The translations under genes were made by a program, and so were the position numbers. The notes under the pieces were generated by a model, which saw only the letters and a program-made list of their open reading frames with translations, did not search any database and was not told the origin of the DNA. DNA of 64,000 nucleotides from Candidatus Cloacimonadota bacterium (GTDB lineage Bacteria; Cloacimonadota; Cloacimonadia; Cloacimonadales; JAFGVF01), in assembly GCA_016838885.1 (NCBI GenBank), contig JAEKNW010000151.1, forward strand, positions 3,024-67,023, given 5' to 3'. This document shows, in pieces, positions 55,874 through 64,000 of the stretch. Numbering within the stretch: position 1 is the stretch's first letter; each line of letters begins with the position of its first letter.

Positions 55874-56278
55874 TATCCCCCTTGGGGATTTGAAGAGTTA
55901 CATACCCTCAATAATTTTTTGATATCTTTTCAATGGTAAGGTCTTCATATATTTCTTTTTGGCTCTAGTTCGAGTCTGGTGGAAATAATACAGGAAAATG
56001 AGAATATTTCACTAATATAGTGATTCATCATATATCCCTGAAAGGGATTTTTTAAATGCATCATTCTGGATAAATAAATAAACAATTCAACAAAATTTTC
56101 GTGTAAAAGCTCTTCTTTCTTTTCGGTGTATTCAGTGTTTCCAGTGGCTAAGTTTTCTTCTTCTTTTTTGTGTTCTTTGTGCCTTTGTGGTAAAAAATTC
56201 TCCCCGTCTCCCCGTCTCCCCGTCTTTTCGCGAATAGCGAAAACTGTGGTGAAAAATCTCCCTCTTTTCGCGAGTAGC

Positions 56279-56317
56279 AAAAAAAAGCCAACCTATCTTC
56301 ATAAGCTGGCTTTTTTA
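56279..56317 (-). terminator. terminator ending the purS...orf377 operon (bidirectional shape)
   Basis: The minus strand reads agccagc-loop-gttggct (7 bp, one G-U) followed by TTTTTTTT. There is also a T-run on the + side. Confidence 0.65.
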
Positions 56318-56343
56318 ATTTATAATTAATTAAATTTTCTTAA

Positions 56344-57477
56344 TTACTCTTCAATAACTTCGACATTAGCACGAGGAATAAGGACTTCTTCGCCAGTGTT
56401 AAGTTTAGCTTTAAGAACTCTCACTAGGGTTTCAGATTCGACTTTAGTGAGTAGTTCAGGTAATTCTGTGATACGTCCAATTTCACCGAAGTTAGGTTGT
56501 CTAATCACACGGATAAGAGAACCAATTTCCAAGGAAGCCATTTCAGCTTCTTTGGCTACTAATTCTTCGCCTTCAACCAAAGGAAGAGGGATAATCACTT
56601 CAGGTCTCATGACACCTGCCCTAATTTGGGTAAAACCGTGAACAGAAGCTTTATGACCTTCGAATTTTTTAAGAAGTTCAAAAGTATTTTTAGCCATGGT
56701 AATCGGTCCAAAACCTTCAGTAACAACTAAAGTAACTCCGATCTTTTCATGTCCGGTAATAGCCACACCGATATCATAACCTAAGAGTTTTTTAAGGTCT
56801 TGGTCATCAACTCCACCCGAGATGATAGCACTTACTCCGATTTCGGCAGCTTTTTTTATTGCTTCTAAAGGACAGAGAGCACCTGCAACAATAACTTTCC
56901 CTTTGCAATCAGGAGTAATACTGGCAGGATCTAAATGGTCATTAGGAGTTTTAGCCAGCATTTTGATCTCACCTGTAGTTTCTCCAGCGAGACCGAAAAT
57001 ACCTTGGATATAAGCTGATCTATTTTCTATGACAACACCTTCATTAGGGATGACTTCAGTAACGATACCATCAACGAAGGCTTTAATTTGTACAGGAATA
57101 CGTGGTTCTCTAAGAACTGCATTACCTGTAGCAGAGGAGATACTTTCAACTTCTCCGTCTATAGGTGATTTTACAGTAGCTTTGAAGAGACCTGTACCAA
57201 ACAAGCCTTTAGTTTCGGCAATCACTTGATCTTTATGAATTTTATCACCGACTTTTACTGTTAGATAATTACCCAACATCTGGGGGGTACATCCTAATTT
57301 ATTAGCAATTTTATAAGGTAAAACTTTACCGGGTAAAGAGGTATGAGCAACAATATCATCTGCTTTAACTCTATCACCTTTTTTAACTCTAACTTCCCCT
57401 TTTAAAGGAAGAATTCTATCTTTTTTTAGAACAATATTCTCAGTTACTGTTAATCCAGCTGAATATGCTTGTGCCAT
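56344..57477 (-). CDS. conserved hypothetical protein with N-terminal barrel-sandwich (lipoyl/RnfC-like) motif
   Basis: 377 aa. GEVRVKKGDRVKADDIVAHT hybrid-barrel-like string. Starts 9 nt after the GlmL-like gene stop. Confidence 0.6.
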   Translation of the reverse strand: MAQAYSAGLTVTENIVLKKDRILPLKGEVRVKKGDRVKADDIVAHTSLPGKVLPYKIANKLGCTPQMLGNYLTVKVGDKIHKDQVIAETKGLFGTGLFKATVKSPIDGEVESISSATGNAVLREPRIPVQIKAFVDGIVTEVIPNEGVVIENRSAYIQGIFGLAGETTGEIKMLAKTPNDHLDPASITPDCKGKVIVAGALCPLEAIKKAAEIGVSAIISGGVDDQDLKKLLGYDIGVAITGHEKIGVTLVVTEGFGPITMAKNTFELLKKFEGHKASVHGFTQIRAGVMRPEVIIPLPLVEGEELVAKEAEMASLEIGSLIRVIRQPNFGEIGRITELPELLTKVESETLVRVLKAKLNTGEEVLIPRANVEVIEE

Positions 57478-57486
57478 TATTTCCTC

Positions 57487-59352
57487 CTATTTAAGTTTTT
57501 CTTGTGGGTAAGCTTGAAGTTCTCTCATCCATTTGATTAAGCGAGGAACGCGTTGAGCAGTTTCTACAGGTAATACAAATGGTTTTCTGCCACGAGTATC
57601 AAGAACAATACCAACTTCACCACCGGTTAATTCGGTTACAATTTCCTGATTCTTGCCGGCACCAATATCTAGGCCTCTGCCCGGTTTCAATTCAGCTTTA
57701 GCTACAGAACCTGTTGGGCATGGTAATAATCTTAACTCACCAAAGGGTATTTTCTCTTCGAATATTGTACCATCTGGAAGCTCAATTTTTGCTTCAAGAG
57801 CAATTTTATCTTCTTTAATCTTTCCTACAGGAGCAACACAGGTTCCGATATAAATCATACAGTCCTTGTTGAAAACTTCAGTAGCAATCTCTTCATTGAT
57901 TGAAGCTAACACACCTAAGTGAGGCATCATAAAGATAGAGTCAACAGCCAACTTAGTAATACCTTCAGGTAAGAAAGCATCTATTAACATCATCATAGTT
58001 TGATGTCTGCGAGGAGCATGAGATAAAACACCACCTGAACCAACTAAGAGGTCAAGAGTTAACATATTAACGATAGTATCACCAGACTCTGATTGAGAGA
58101 AAGCTTCAGCAATATCAGAGTTCTTTTGGGTACCTTTAAGGTTAACAGCAAATTCTTTATGCTGAATAAAAGCTAATCTAAGAGCTTCTTTAGCAATAGC
58201 TTGTTCTAAAACAAGTTCTTGGAAGAGAGCAGGGATAGTGGTAGGTCTAATCATTTTATTCTTTATCATATTTCTGAGTTCTTTGACATCAATATCGAAA
58301 GGAACCCAGCGTAAAATATTCTCTAAGCCGGCACTTGCTAAAACATTAGAAATACTATAACTCATACCTAAGTTAGCGGACACGGTTCTGTTGAAGATAT
58401 AATCATCTGTAAAGACTGAGAATACGTCAGTAGTAGCACCACCAATATCAACTCCTAGAACTTCAATATTTTCTTGTTTAGCAATAGTCTGCATGATATT
58501 ACCCACAGCAGCCGGGGTTGGCATAATTGGAACAGGTTGAAGATCTGGTCCAACTGTCCATGCCATTAATTTATTATATCCCGGAGCTTGTTGCATCACG
58601 TGTTCCATGAATATTTCATGAATTTCATCACGAGCCGGGCCTAAGTTTTCTCTTTCCAGAGTAGGTCTAAGATTTTCAGTAATCATCAAATCTACTTTAT
58701 TGCCTAAAGTATTCTTGATATCTTCACGGGCTTGAATAGTTCCTGCGTAAATAACAGGTAGTTTATAGCTTGAACCAAGTCTTGGTTTTGGATCAGCAGC
58801 CCCAACTAACTCAGCCATTTCGATAACGTGTTTATTACTAGTAGCGTTATCAGTATGACCTGCCATTAAAATCATATCAGGTCTTAAATGACGAATTCTC
58901 TCAATCTTTTCATGGTCCATTCTTTGGTCATTACTGGCTATCAAGTCCATCACAATAGCACCTGCACCAAGAGCAGCTCTTTCAGCAGACTCACCAGTCA
59001 TTTTAGCAACAACCCCGGTAACCATCATCTGTAATCCACCACCTGCAGAGGATGTAGATACATAGGCATCAGCCCCAATATCACCATTTCTTGGAATAAT
59101 AAGTTTTGAATCTTTGATTAAAGAGATGTTAGGATTATTATATTTTAATCTAGCTAACTCTTCTAACTCTTGCACAGCATTTAATACTCCACGGGTAACA
59201 TCATTTAATGGTGCTTCAACTGTAGTAGGAGCTTCACCACGCACTGTTTGTCGATATTCACCATCTACATACTCAATCATAATTGCTTTTGTAGTAGTAG
59301 AACCGCAATCAGTTGCAATGATACGAGTCAATTTTTTCTTCTCGTACTGCAT
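57487..59352 (-). CDS. GlmL/MutL-like ASKHA-superfamily ATPase (glutamate-mutase-L / mutase-reactivase-like)
   Basis: 621 aa. N-terminal phosphate-1 motif RIIATDCGSTTTKAI and second-lobe VLGVDIGGATTDVFSV, as in the GlmL family. Confidence 0.7.
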   Translation of the reverse strand: MQYEKKKLTRIIATDCGSTTTKAIMIEYVDGEYRQTVRGEAPTTVEAPLNDVTRGVLNAVQELEELARLKYNNPNISLIKDSKLIIPRNGDIGADAYVSTSSAGGGLQMMVTGVVAKMTGESAERAALGAGAIVMDLIASNDQRMDHEKIERIRHLRPDMILMAGHTDNATSNKHVIEMAELVGAADPKPRLGSSYKLPVIYAGTIQAREDIKNTLGNKVDLMITENLRPTLERENLGPARDEIHEIFMEHVMQQAPGYNKLMAWTVGPDLQPVPIMPTPAAVGNIMQTIAKQENIEVLGVDIGGATTDVFSVFTDDYIFNRTVSANLGMSYSISNVLASAGLENILRWVPFDIDVKELRNMIKNKMIRPTTIPALFQELVLEQAIAKEALRLAFIQHKEFAVNLKGTQKNSDIAEAFSQSESGDTIVNMLTLDLLVGSGGVLSHAPRRHQTMMMLIDAFLPEGITKLAVDSIFMMPHLGVLASINEEIATEVFNKDCMIYIGTCVAPVGKIKEDKIALEAKIELPDGTIFEEKIPFGELRLLPCPTGSVAKAELKPGRGLDIGAGKNQEIVTELTGGEVGIVLDTRGRKPFVLPVETAQRVPRLIKWMRELQAYPQEKLK

Positions 59353-59373
59353 TATTTCCTCCGTTTATAATAA

Positions 59374-59739
59374 TTATTTGTTTTTTCTCCAGAATAGAAA
59401 GATTTTCTTTAACTTTTCATTTCTCTTTCTGCGTTTAACTCTTCTTTTCTCATATCTATCTTTATTCATTTCAGCATCCAGATCATCAATTCGCATAGAG
59501 AGCATTTTCAAGTATTTATCTTCTTCAATAAGAGCTGCGAACTCTTGGTATGCTTTAGCATCAAAAATTAATTCGGCCACAGGTAACACAAAGTATAGCA
59601 ATTGACTGCCGATATGGTTTAATGGCATAAACATTTCTGTAGCTATCAAGGCCGGTGCAGCCATATTCCTTTCAACGATAAATCTAGCAATCTTATCAAT
59701 CAATTGCACAGCTCTCTCTTCAGAAACATATGTAATCAT
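59374..59739 (-). CDS. hypothetical protein with basic C-terminal tail
   Basis: 121 aa. Tight spacing within the operon (7 nt after comF, 21 nt before the GlmL-like gene). C-terminus RRVKRRKRNEKLKK. Confidence 0.5.
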   Translation of the reverse strand: MITYVSEERAVQLIDKIARFIVERNMAAPALIATEMFMPLNHIGSQLLYFVLPVAELIFDAKAYQEFAALIEEDKYLKMLSMRIDDLDAEMNKDRYEKRRVKRRKRNEKLKKIFLFWRKNK

Positions 59740-59746
59740 AATTTAT

Positions 59747-60418
59747 TTACGCTTTCCCCATAGTTAATACGATGATTCTTTTCGGTTCACTTTTTCTTAA
59801 TTCTTTACAACATTCTTCCACAGTTGAACCTGTAGTAAATACATCATCTAACAAAATTACAGATTTATGTTTTAAGTCAATATTTTTCTTAAGTTTAAAT
59901 GCCTGACTGATGTTTTTTGCTCTCTTATCTCTTTCCAGAGTAGCTTGAGATGGTCTATTACTAACTCTTTCAATAATATCATCTCGGAATTCACAGTTAA
60001 GCAGAGAAGCAAATTTCTTGGCAATTATAGCTGCTTGATTATAGCCCCTTTCTCTTTTTCGGACTGAATGTAAAGGTACAGCAACTACTAAATTTACGTC
60101 AAGAACTAATTTTATTTTTTTTACTTGCTCATACATTAGTTGGGCAATAAACTCACCTAGAGAACTTAAATTATAGAATTTTAAGTTATGGATTAAGGAA
60201 ACAAGGACATCTTCATATTTGGCTATAGAGATTAAATAATCATAAGATATCCCATCTACTTTCGAGATTGGAGGCTGAAAATATTCTATGTTTTCTAAAC
60301 ACTCCGGGCAAAGATAATCATCTTGTTTTAAGATTCTTCTTCCACAATGGACACATACAGGAGGAAAGATGAGATTAAGTAAAGAATTTTTCAATCGAAG
60401 AAAAAATCTCTTGTCCAT
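59747..60418 (-). CDS. comF: ComF-family phosphoribosyltransferase-domain protein
   Basis: N-terminal zinc ribbon CVHCGRR...CPEC and C-terminal PRTase loop ILLDDVFTTGST. Confidence 0.8.
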   Translation of the reverse strand: MDKRFFLRLKNSLLNLIFPPVCVHCGRRILKQDDYLCPECLENIEYFQPPISKVDGISYDYLISIAKYEDVLVSLIHNLKFYNLSSLGEFIAQLMYEQVKKIKLVLDVNLVVAVPLHSVRKRERGYNQAAIIAKKFASLLNCEFRDDIIERVSNRPSQATLERDKRAKNISQAFKLKKNIDLKHKSVILLDDVFTTGSTVEECCKELRKSEPKRIIVLTMGKA

Positions 60419-61061
60419 CTTGAGAAATCACTTTATCTTCTGCAGCTCTTTCTGGGTGAGGCATCATACCTAAAACATTCTTATCTTCATTAAGAATACC
60501 AGCGATATTATCGATTGCTCCATTTGGATTACTCTCTTTGGTGATCTCTCCCAATTCATTACAATATCTGAAAGCTATCAAATCTTTATCTTGTAGAGAC
60601 TTTAAGCCATCATTACTAATGAAGTAGTTCCCCTCTTTATGAGCGATTGGGATATCGAGAGCTTTACCTGGAGTTAAACCTTTGGTATACACAGAATCCC
60701 TATTCACTGAGGTAATAAATTGATGCTGGCAGATGAATTTTAAGCTTTCATTCATCATCAAAGCCCCGGGAAGGAGTCCGATTTCAGTAAGAATTTGAAA
60801 GCCGTTACAGATACCCATCACCAAGCCACCCTGCTTAGCAAATTTTATAACTTCAGCTATTATAGGCGAGAATTTAGCAATTGCTCCACACCTTAAATAA
60901 TCACCGTAAGAGAAACCTCCGGGTATGATAATTAAGTCGGGGTTGATTAGATTATTGTCTTTATGCCAGACAAAATCAACTTGATGCCCTCTAATTTTTC
61001 CAATGTGAAAAGCGTCATGATCACAGTTAGAACCAGGGAAAGAAATGACATTTATTTTCAT
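60375..61061 (-). CDS. purQ: phosphoribosylformylglycinamidine synthase, glutaminase subunit
   Basis: MKINVISFPGSNCDHD, GICNGFQ (catalytic Cys), MPHPER. Confidence 0.92.
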   Translation of the reverse strand: MKINVISFPGSNCDHDAFHIGKIRGHQVDFVWHKDNNLINPDLIIIPGGFSYGDYLRCGAIAKFSPIIAEVIKFAKQGGLVMGICNGFQILTEIGLLPGALMMNESLKFICQHQFITSVNRDSVYTKGLTPGKALDIPIAHKEGNYFISNDGLKSLQDKDLIAFRYCNELGEITKESNPNGAIDNIAGILNEDKNVLGMMPHPERAAEDKVISQDGQEIFSSIEKFFT

Positions 61062-61063
61062 TA

Positions 61064-61321
61064 CTATTCTCCGGTAATATGTTCAAGATTCCAAGAATAA
61101 GTTTCAGTATTAGGGTTAGCTAATAACTTTTCACATATTTCGTGAATCTCATCTTCAGCTCTTTCCAGGTCATCACTTTTCAGTTTAATTTCGATAAACT
61201 TACTTACCCGAACTTCTTCAATATTATCATAACCGATAGAATGGAGTGAGTTCATCACTTGCTTACCTTGTGGGTCAAGCACACTTGGCTTAAGGGTAAC
61301 GAATACTTTGGCTTTAATCAT
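61064..61321 (-). CDS. purS: phosphoribosylformylglycinamidine synthase subunit PurS
   Basis: 85 aa. VFVTLKPSVLDPQGKQV pattern. Immediately upstream of purQ. Confidence 0.88.
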   Translation of the reverse strand: MIKAKVFVTLKPSVLDPQGKQVMNSLHSIGYDNIEEVRVSKFIEIKLKSDDLERAEDEIHEICEKLLANPNTETYSWNLEHITGE

Positions 61322-61395
61322 ATCATCCTCTTCTTTATTTATATTTTTCTATAATTCATAAATTTTAGACTGCTAATCCCTGTCAAGATTGTTAA

Positions 61396-63063
61396 TTATC
61401 TTACACTTCTGAGAGCTTGAGCAATGTTTAGTGAATAATCACCAATATGTTCAAAATGTCTTAACAAATCTATATAAAGGAGCTCTGCTTGAATATCTGA
61501 ATTACCTTGAGTAATTCTTTCTCGAGCATTATGTTTATATTTCTTTCTAATATTATTAATCTGATTTTCCAGTTCATAAGCTTGTGCCAGATCTTCACGC
61601 TTCATATGTTCTAGCATTTTAACATTATAAAGGGACATAAATTCTTTCACAGCTTTGGCAATATCATTTATCTCTTGAGTTGCTTCAGGATGCATCTCTA
61701 ACTTTCTATCATATTTTTTCTTAGTGATTAACATGATTCTTAGTACTGAGTCCCCGATTCCTTCTAACTCATGCACAATTCTAATCATAGCATTGATATT
61801 CTTAGCATATTTATCAGTTAGAGCTTCTTCAGAGCAGGTAGTCAAAAAATTAGTGATTTCTCTTTGCATTTCGTCTGTTAATCTCTCTTGAGTACTAATT
61901 TTATCTACCTCATCTCCTAATTTCTTATGTGGATTAAAAAATAAGTGTAAAGAGGTTTCAAACATATCTTCACAAATTCTAACCAGCTTGAAAATCTCCT
62001 GGCGAACTTGTTCAAGATTAAAAGTTGTCGGATCTACTCGACCAGACTGTAAATAAACCAATTTATACTCTTTATTTAGGTCATTTTTATTAGGTTTTAC
62101 TATCTTCTCAACCACTAAAGCAAAATACTTTATTAACCAAATGCAGATAAATGTATTCATAACATTGAACACCGTATGGAAGAGACTTAGTTTCAAGGGA
62201 AGATTTGAGAGAATATCTTGCCAAGGAGAAAGCCAGTTAATAAATTGAATGAAATAAACAAAAATAAAAGTCATCCATACCACCCCAAAGATGTTGAAGA
62301 GAAGATGAGCACGAGCTGCTCGACGGGCATTAACGGTAGTTCCTATTGAGGCCAAATAGGCTGTAACGGTAGTTCCAATGTTTTCACCTAAAACAATCAT
62401 AGAGGCAGTCGGAAAATCTATCCACCCCTTGTAGGCCATAGTTACAGTGATTGCCATGGCTGCACTTGATGATTGCACAGCAATTGTTAAGCCTGCCCCT
62501 AAGGCCACAAATATTACATAAGATAAGAAGCCTCTTCCTGTGAAGTCTTTAACAAATTGAAAAATATCCGGATGGTTGTTTATATCAGGAACAGAATCTT
62601 TAAGAAAAGAGAGTCCTAAGAAAAGCAAACCAAAGCCGATTAAAACTTCAGCCCATTCACGTTTCATCCTATGCTTGGAGAAAAATAAGGGTAGTCCGAT
62701 ACCTATCAAAGGAAGGGCTATAGCTTGGATTTTAAATTTAAAACCAACAAAAGAGACAATCCAAGTTGTAACAGTGGTACCTATGTTGGCACCCATAATT
62801 ACCCCGATAGATTGAATTAGATTTAACAAGCCGGCATTGACAAAACTTACCACCATAACAGTAGTTGCAGATGAAGATTGAATGAGAGCTGTTATCATAA
62901 AACCGGTAAAAACTGCCATAAATCTATTCTTAGTCATGTAATTCAGAATAGACTTCATTTTATCACCTGCTACTTTGTGAATACCATCACTCATCACTTT
63001 CATTCCATAAAGAAAGACACCAAGAGAACCTAATAAATTAAAAACCAACATGATAGAGTCCAT
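61396..63063 (-). CDS. Na+/phosphate cotransporter-family protein with C-terminal PhoU-like domain
   Basis: 555 aa. Duplicated QSSSAT/QSSSAA and GANIGTT/GENIGTT motifs of the NptA family. C-terminal helical HxxxGD (HELEGIGD, EHIGDY) PhoU-like repeats. Confidence 0.85.
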   Translation of the reverse strand: MDSIMLVFNLLGSLGVFLYGMKVMSDGIHKVAGDKMKSILNYMTKNRFMAVFTGFMITALIQSSSATTVMVVSFVNAGLLNLIQSIGVIMGANIGTTVTTWIVSFVGFKFKIQAIALPLIGIGLPLFFSKHRMKREWAEVLIGFGLLFLGLSFLKDSVPDINNHPDIFQFVKDFTGRGFLSYVIFVALGAGLTIAVQSSSAAMAITVTMAYKGWIDFPTASMIVLGENIGTTVTAYLASIGTTVNARRAARAHLLFNIFGVVWMTFIFVYFIQFINWLSPWQDILSNLPLKLSLFHTVFNVMNTFICIWLIKYFALVVEKIVKPNKNDLNKEYKLVYLQSGRVDPTTFNLEQVRQEIFKLVRICEDMFETSLHLFFNPHKKLGDEVDKISTQERLTDEMQREITNFLTTCSEEALTDKYAKNINAMIRIVHELEGIGDSVLRIMLITKKKYDRKLEMHPEATQEINDIAKAVKEFMSLYNVKMLEHMKREDLAQAYELENQINNIRKKYKHNARERITQGNSDIQAELLYIDLLRHFEHIGDYSLNIAQALRSVR

Positions 63064-63092
63064 TAGAACAGAATCCTTTGTTATATTATTTT

Positions 63093-63257
63093 AACCCGAA
63101 TGATACAGTAGAACTTTAGGGAAGAGTACAGATTCTTCCAGCAAAGTAAGTTACAGAATTTGATTGCATATAATATATATATTCAAGAAAATTATGTAGC
63201 TTACTTTTGCAGAAGAATATATTGCTATTCACAAAGGTCTACTGCATTATTTGGGTT
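63093..63257. repeat. 165-nt copy of the AACCC...GGGTT element family
   Basis: Starts aacccgaatgatacagtagaactttaggg and ends ctactgcattatttgggtt. The left end lies 29 nt upstream of the minus-strand ATG at 63063. Confidence 0.85.
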
Positions 63258-63286
63258 TTAAAAAAACAGCCCGATAAAAGGCTGTT
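63258..63286 (-). terminator. rho-independent terminator after hisS
   Basis: The minus strand reads aacagcc-loop-ggctgtt followed by TTTTTT. Confidence 0.7.
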
Positions 63287-63291
63287 AAAGG

Positions 63292-63999
63292 TTATGATTT
63301 AATGTAAGAAGAGAGGTCTGAGATTGCAAGATCAATCTGCTTTCTCTCTTGTAAATACTTAAGTGTTACGACTCCTCTTTCGAGTTCATCATCTCCTAAA
63401 ATAAGGGCATAAGGAGACTTTATTTTGTCTGCAGCCTTCATCTGAGCTTTCAAAGATGTTTTTTCAGGGTCGTACTCAACTGAGATATTTTCTTGCCTTA
63501 ATAAGCTAATAATCGAGGCTACTTGAGCCTGAGCTTTCTCACCAATAGCTACAATATATACTTGAGGAATAAGCTCTTCTCCAGAGAAGAGATTTTCCTC
63601 TTCCATCGAGAGCAGAAGTCTTTCAAAACCACCTGCAAAGCCAATCCCGGGTAGAGATTTACCCCCTATTTGCTCTACTAAACCATTATATCTGCCCCCT
63701 GCACCAATGGCATTCTGGGCACCTAATTTGTGATTAAGAAACTCAAAGGCAGTATGAGTATAGTAGTCTAATCCTCTTACAATCTTAGGATTAACAGAAT
63801 ATGGGACCTTAAATTGATTTAAATATGTTTTAACCTGTTCAAAGTGTGCAGTACACTCTTCATCTAAATAATCTAGCATTACAGGAGCAGCTTGGCCTAT
63901 TTCACGACATCTTTTAACTTTACAGTCAAGCAATCTTCGCGGTTTTTTAGTTAATCTTGTTTGGCAATCAAAGCATAATTCATCTTTATGGGGAGTGAA
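63292..63999 (-). CDS. hisS: histidine--tRNA ligase, C-terminal part (5' end outside window)
   Basis: The frame stays open to the window edge (FTPHKDELCFDCQTRLTKKPRRLLDCKVKRC...). GGRYNGLV and GFAGGFERL class-II motif 3, plus an anticodon-binding C-terminus. Confidence 0.9.
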   Translation of the reverse strand, partial: FTPHKDELCFDCQTRLTKKPRRLLDCKVKRCREIGQAAPVMLDYLDEECTAHFEQVKTYLNQFKVPYSVNPKIVRGLDYYTHTAFEFLNHKLGAQNAIGAGGRYNGLVEQIGGKSLPGIGFAGGFERLLLSMEEENLFSGEELIPQVYIVAIGEKAQAQVASIISLLRQENISVEYDPEKTSLKAQMKAADKIKSPYALILGDDELERGVVTLKYLQERKQIDLAISDLSSYIKS

Positions 64000-64000
64000 A

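Larger units (their letters stand above)
54998..56049. mobile_element. RAYT/IS200-like unit: transposase gene plus inverted REP modules, bracketed by 92-nt direct repeats
   Basis: Direct repeats 54998-55089 and 55958-56049 (4 mismatches in 92 nt by eye). Perfect 50-nt inverted repeat 55091-55140 / 55824-55873 around the gene. Confidence 0.8.

Overview
AT-rich bacterial chromosomal segment with about 52 credible protein genes. I found no rRNA, tRNA or CRISPR array by eye. Two T9SS-type C-terminal sorting domains plus amino-acid-catabolism genes suggest an anaerobic FCB-group or Cloacimonadota-like organism; this taxon call is inference only.

Gene layout:
- 1-25.9 kb, + strand: DegT aminotransferase (partial), etfB, lgt, purB, a cysteine-desulfidase-family gene, hutU, a UDPGP-type pyrophosphorylase, an NrdG-like radical-SAM activase, an ATL protein, an AIM24-like gene followed by Fic, an amidohydrolase, NUDIX, hppA, two ABC exporter half-transporters and a T9SS cargo protein.
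- 25.9-32.2 kb: an accessory block (TetR, serine hydrolase, lipoprotein, PAF-acetylhydrolase-like hydrolase, DUF3795) embedded in repeat debris.
- 32.3-47.2 kb, - strand core genes: frr-pyrH-tsf-rpsB, rpsI-rplM, rpoD-dnaG, mutS2-cvpA, rpsU.
- 47.7-64 kb: dapA, an M16 peptidase, a second T9SS cargo protein, SagB-type dehydrogenase plus MA-peptidase-like gene, an IS200-like/RAYT gene, a purS-purQ-comF-orf-GlmL-like-orf operon, a Na/Pi cotransporter and hisS (partial).

Most notable observations:
1. A two-gene restriction-modification-like island lies between rplM and rpoD. It encodes a 913-aa fused nuclease/gamma-MTase/TRD protein and a beta-class MTase, and is bracketed by 37-bp direct repeats that duplicate a TTGACA promoter element.
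2. A family of MITE-like elements (consensus ends AACCCRAATRRTGCAGTAGAACTTTAG) has 7 copies of 23-275 nt. Five of them end 15-29 nt before a start codon.
3. A RAYT gene is flanked by perfect 50-nt inverted REP modules inside 92-nt direct repeats, and a related REP cluster lies at 31.6 kb.
4. A GC-rich 132-nt element has 27-nt inverted arms enclosing three perfect hairpins.
5. A 23-nt motif occurs four times, and one inverted pair brackets the 5-kb accessory block.
6. Also present are a palindromic 328-nt MITE and a perfect tandem-repeat array upstream of the amidohydrolase gene.

No database searches or computations were run. All functional calls rest on recognisable motifs and remembered family features.
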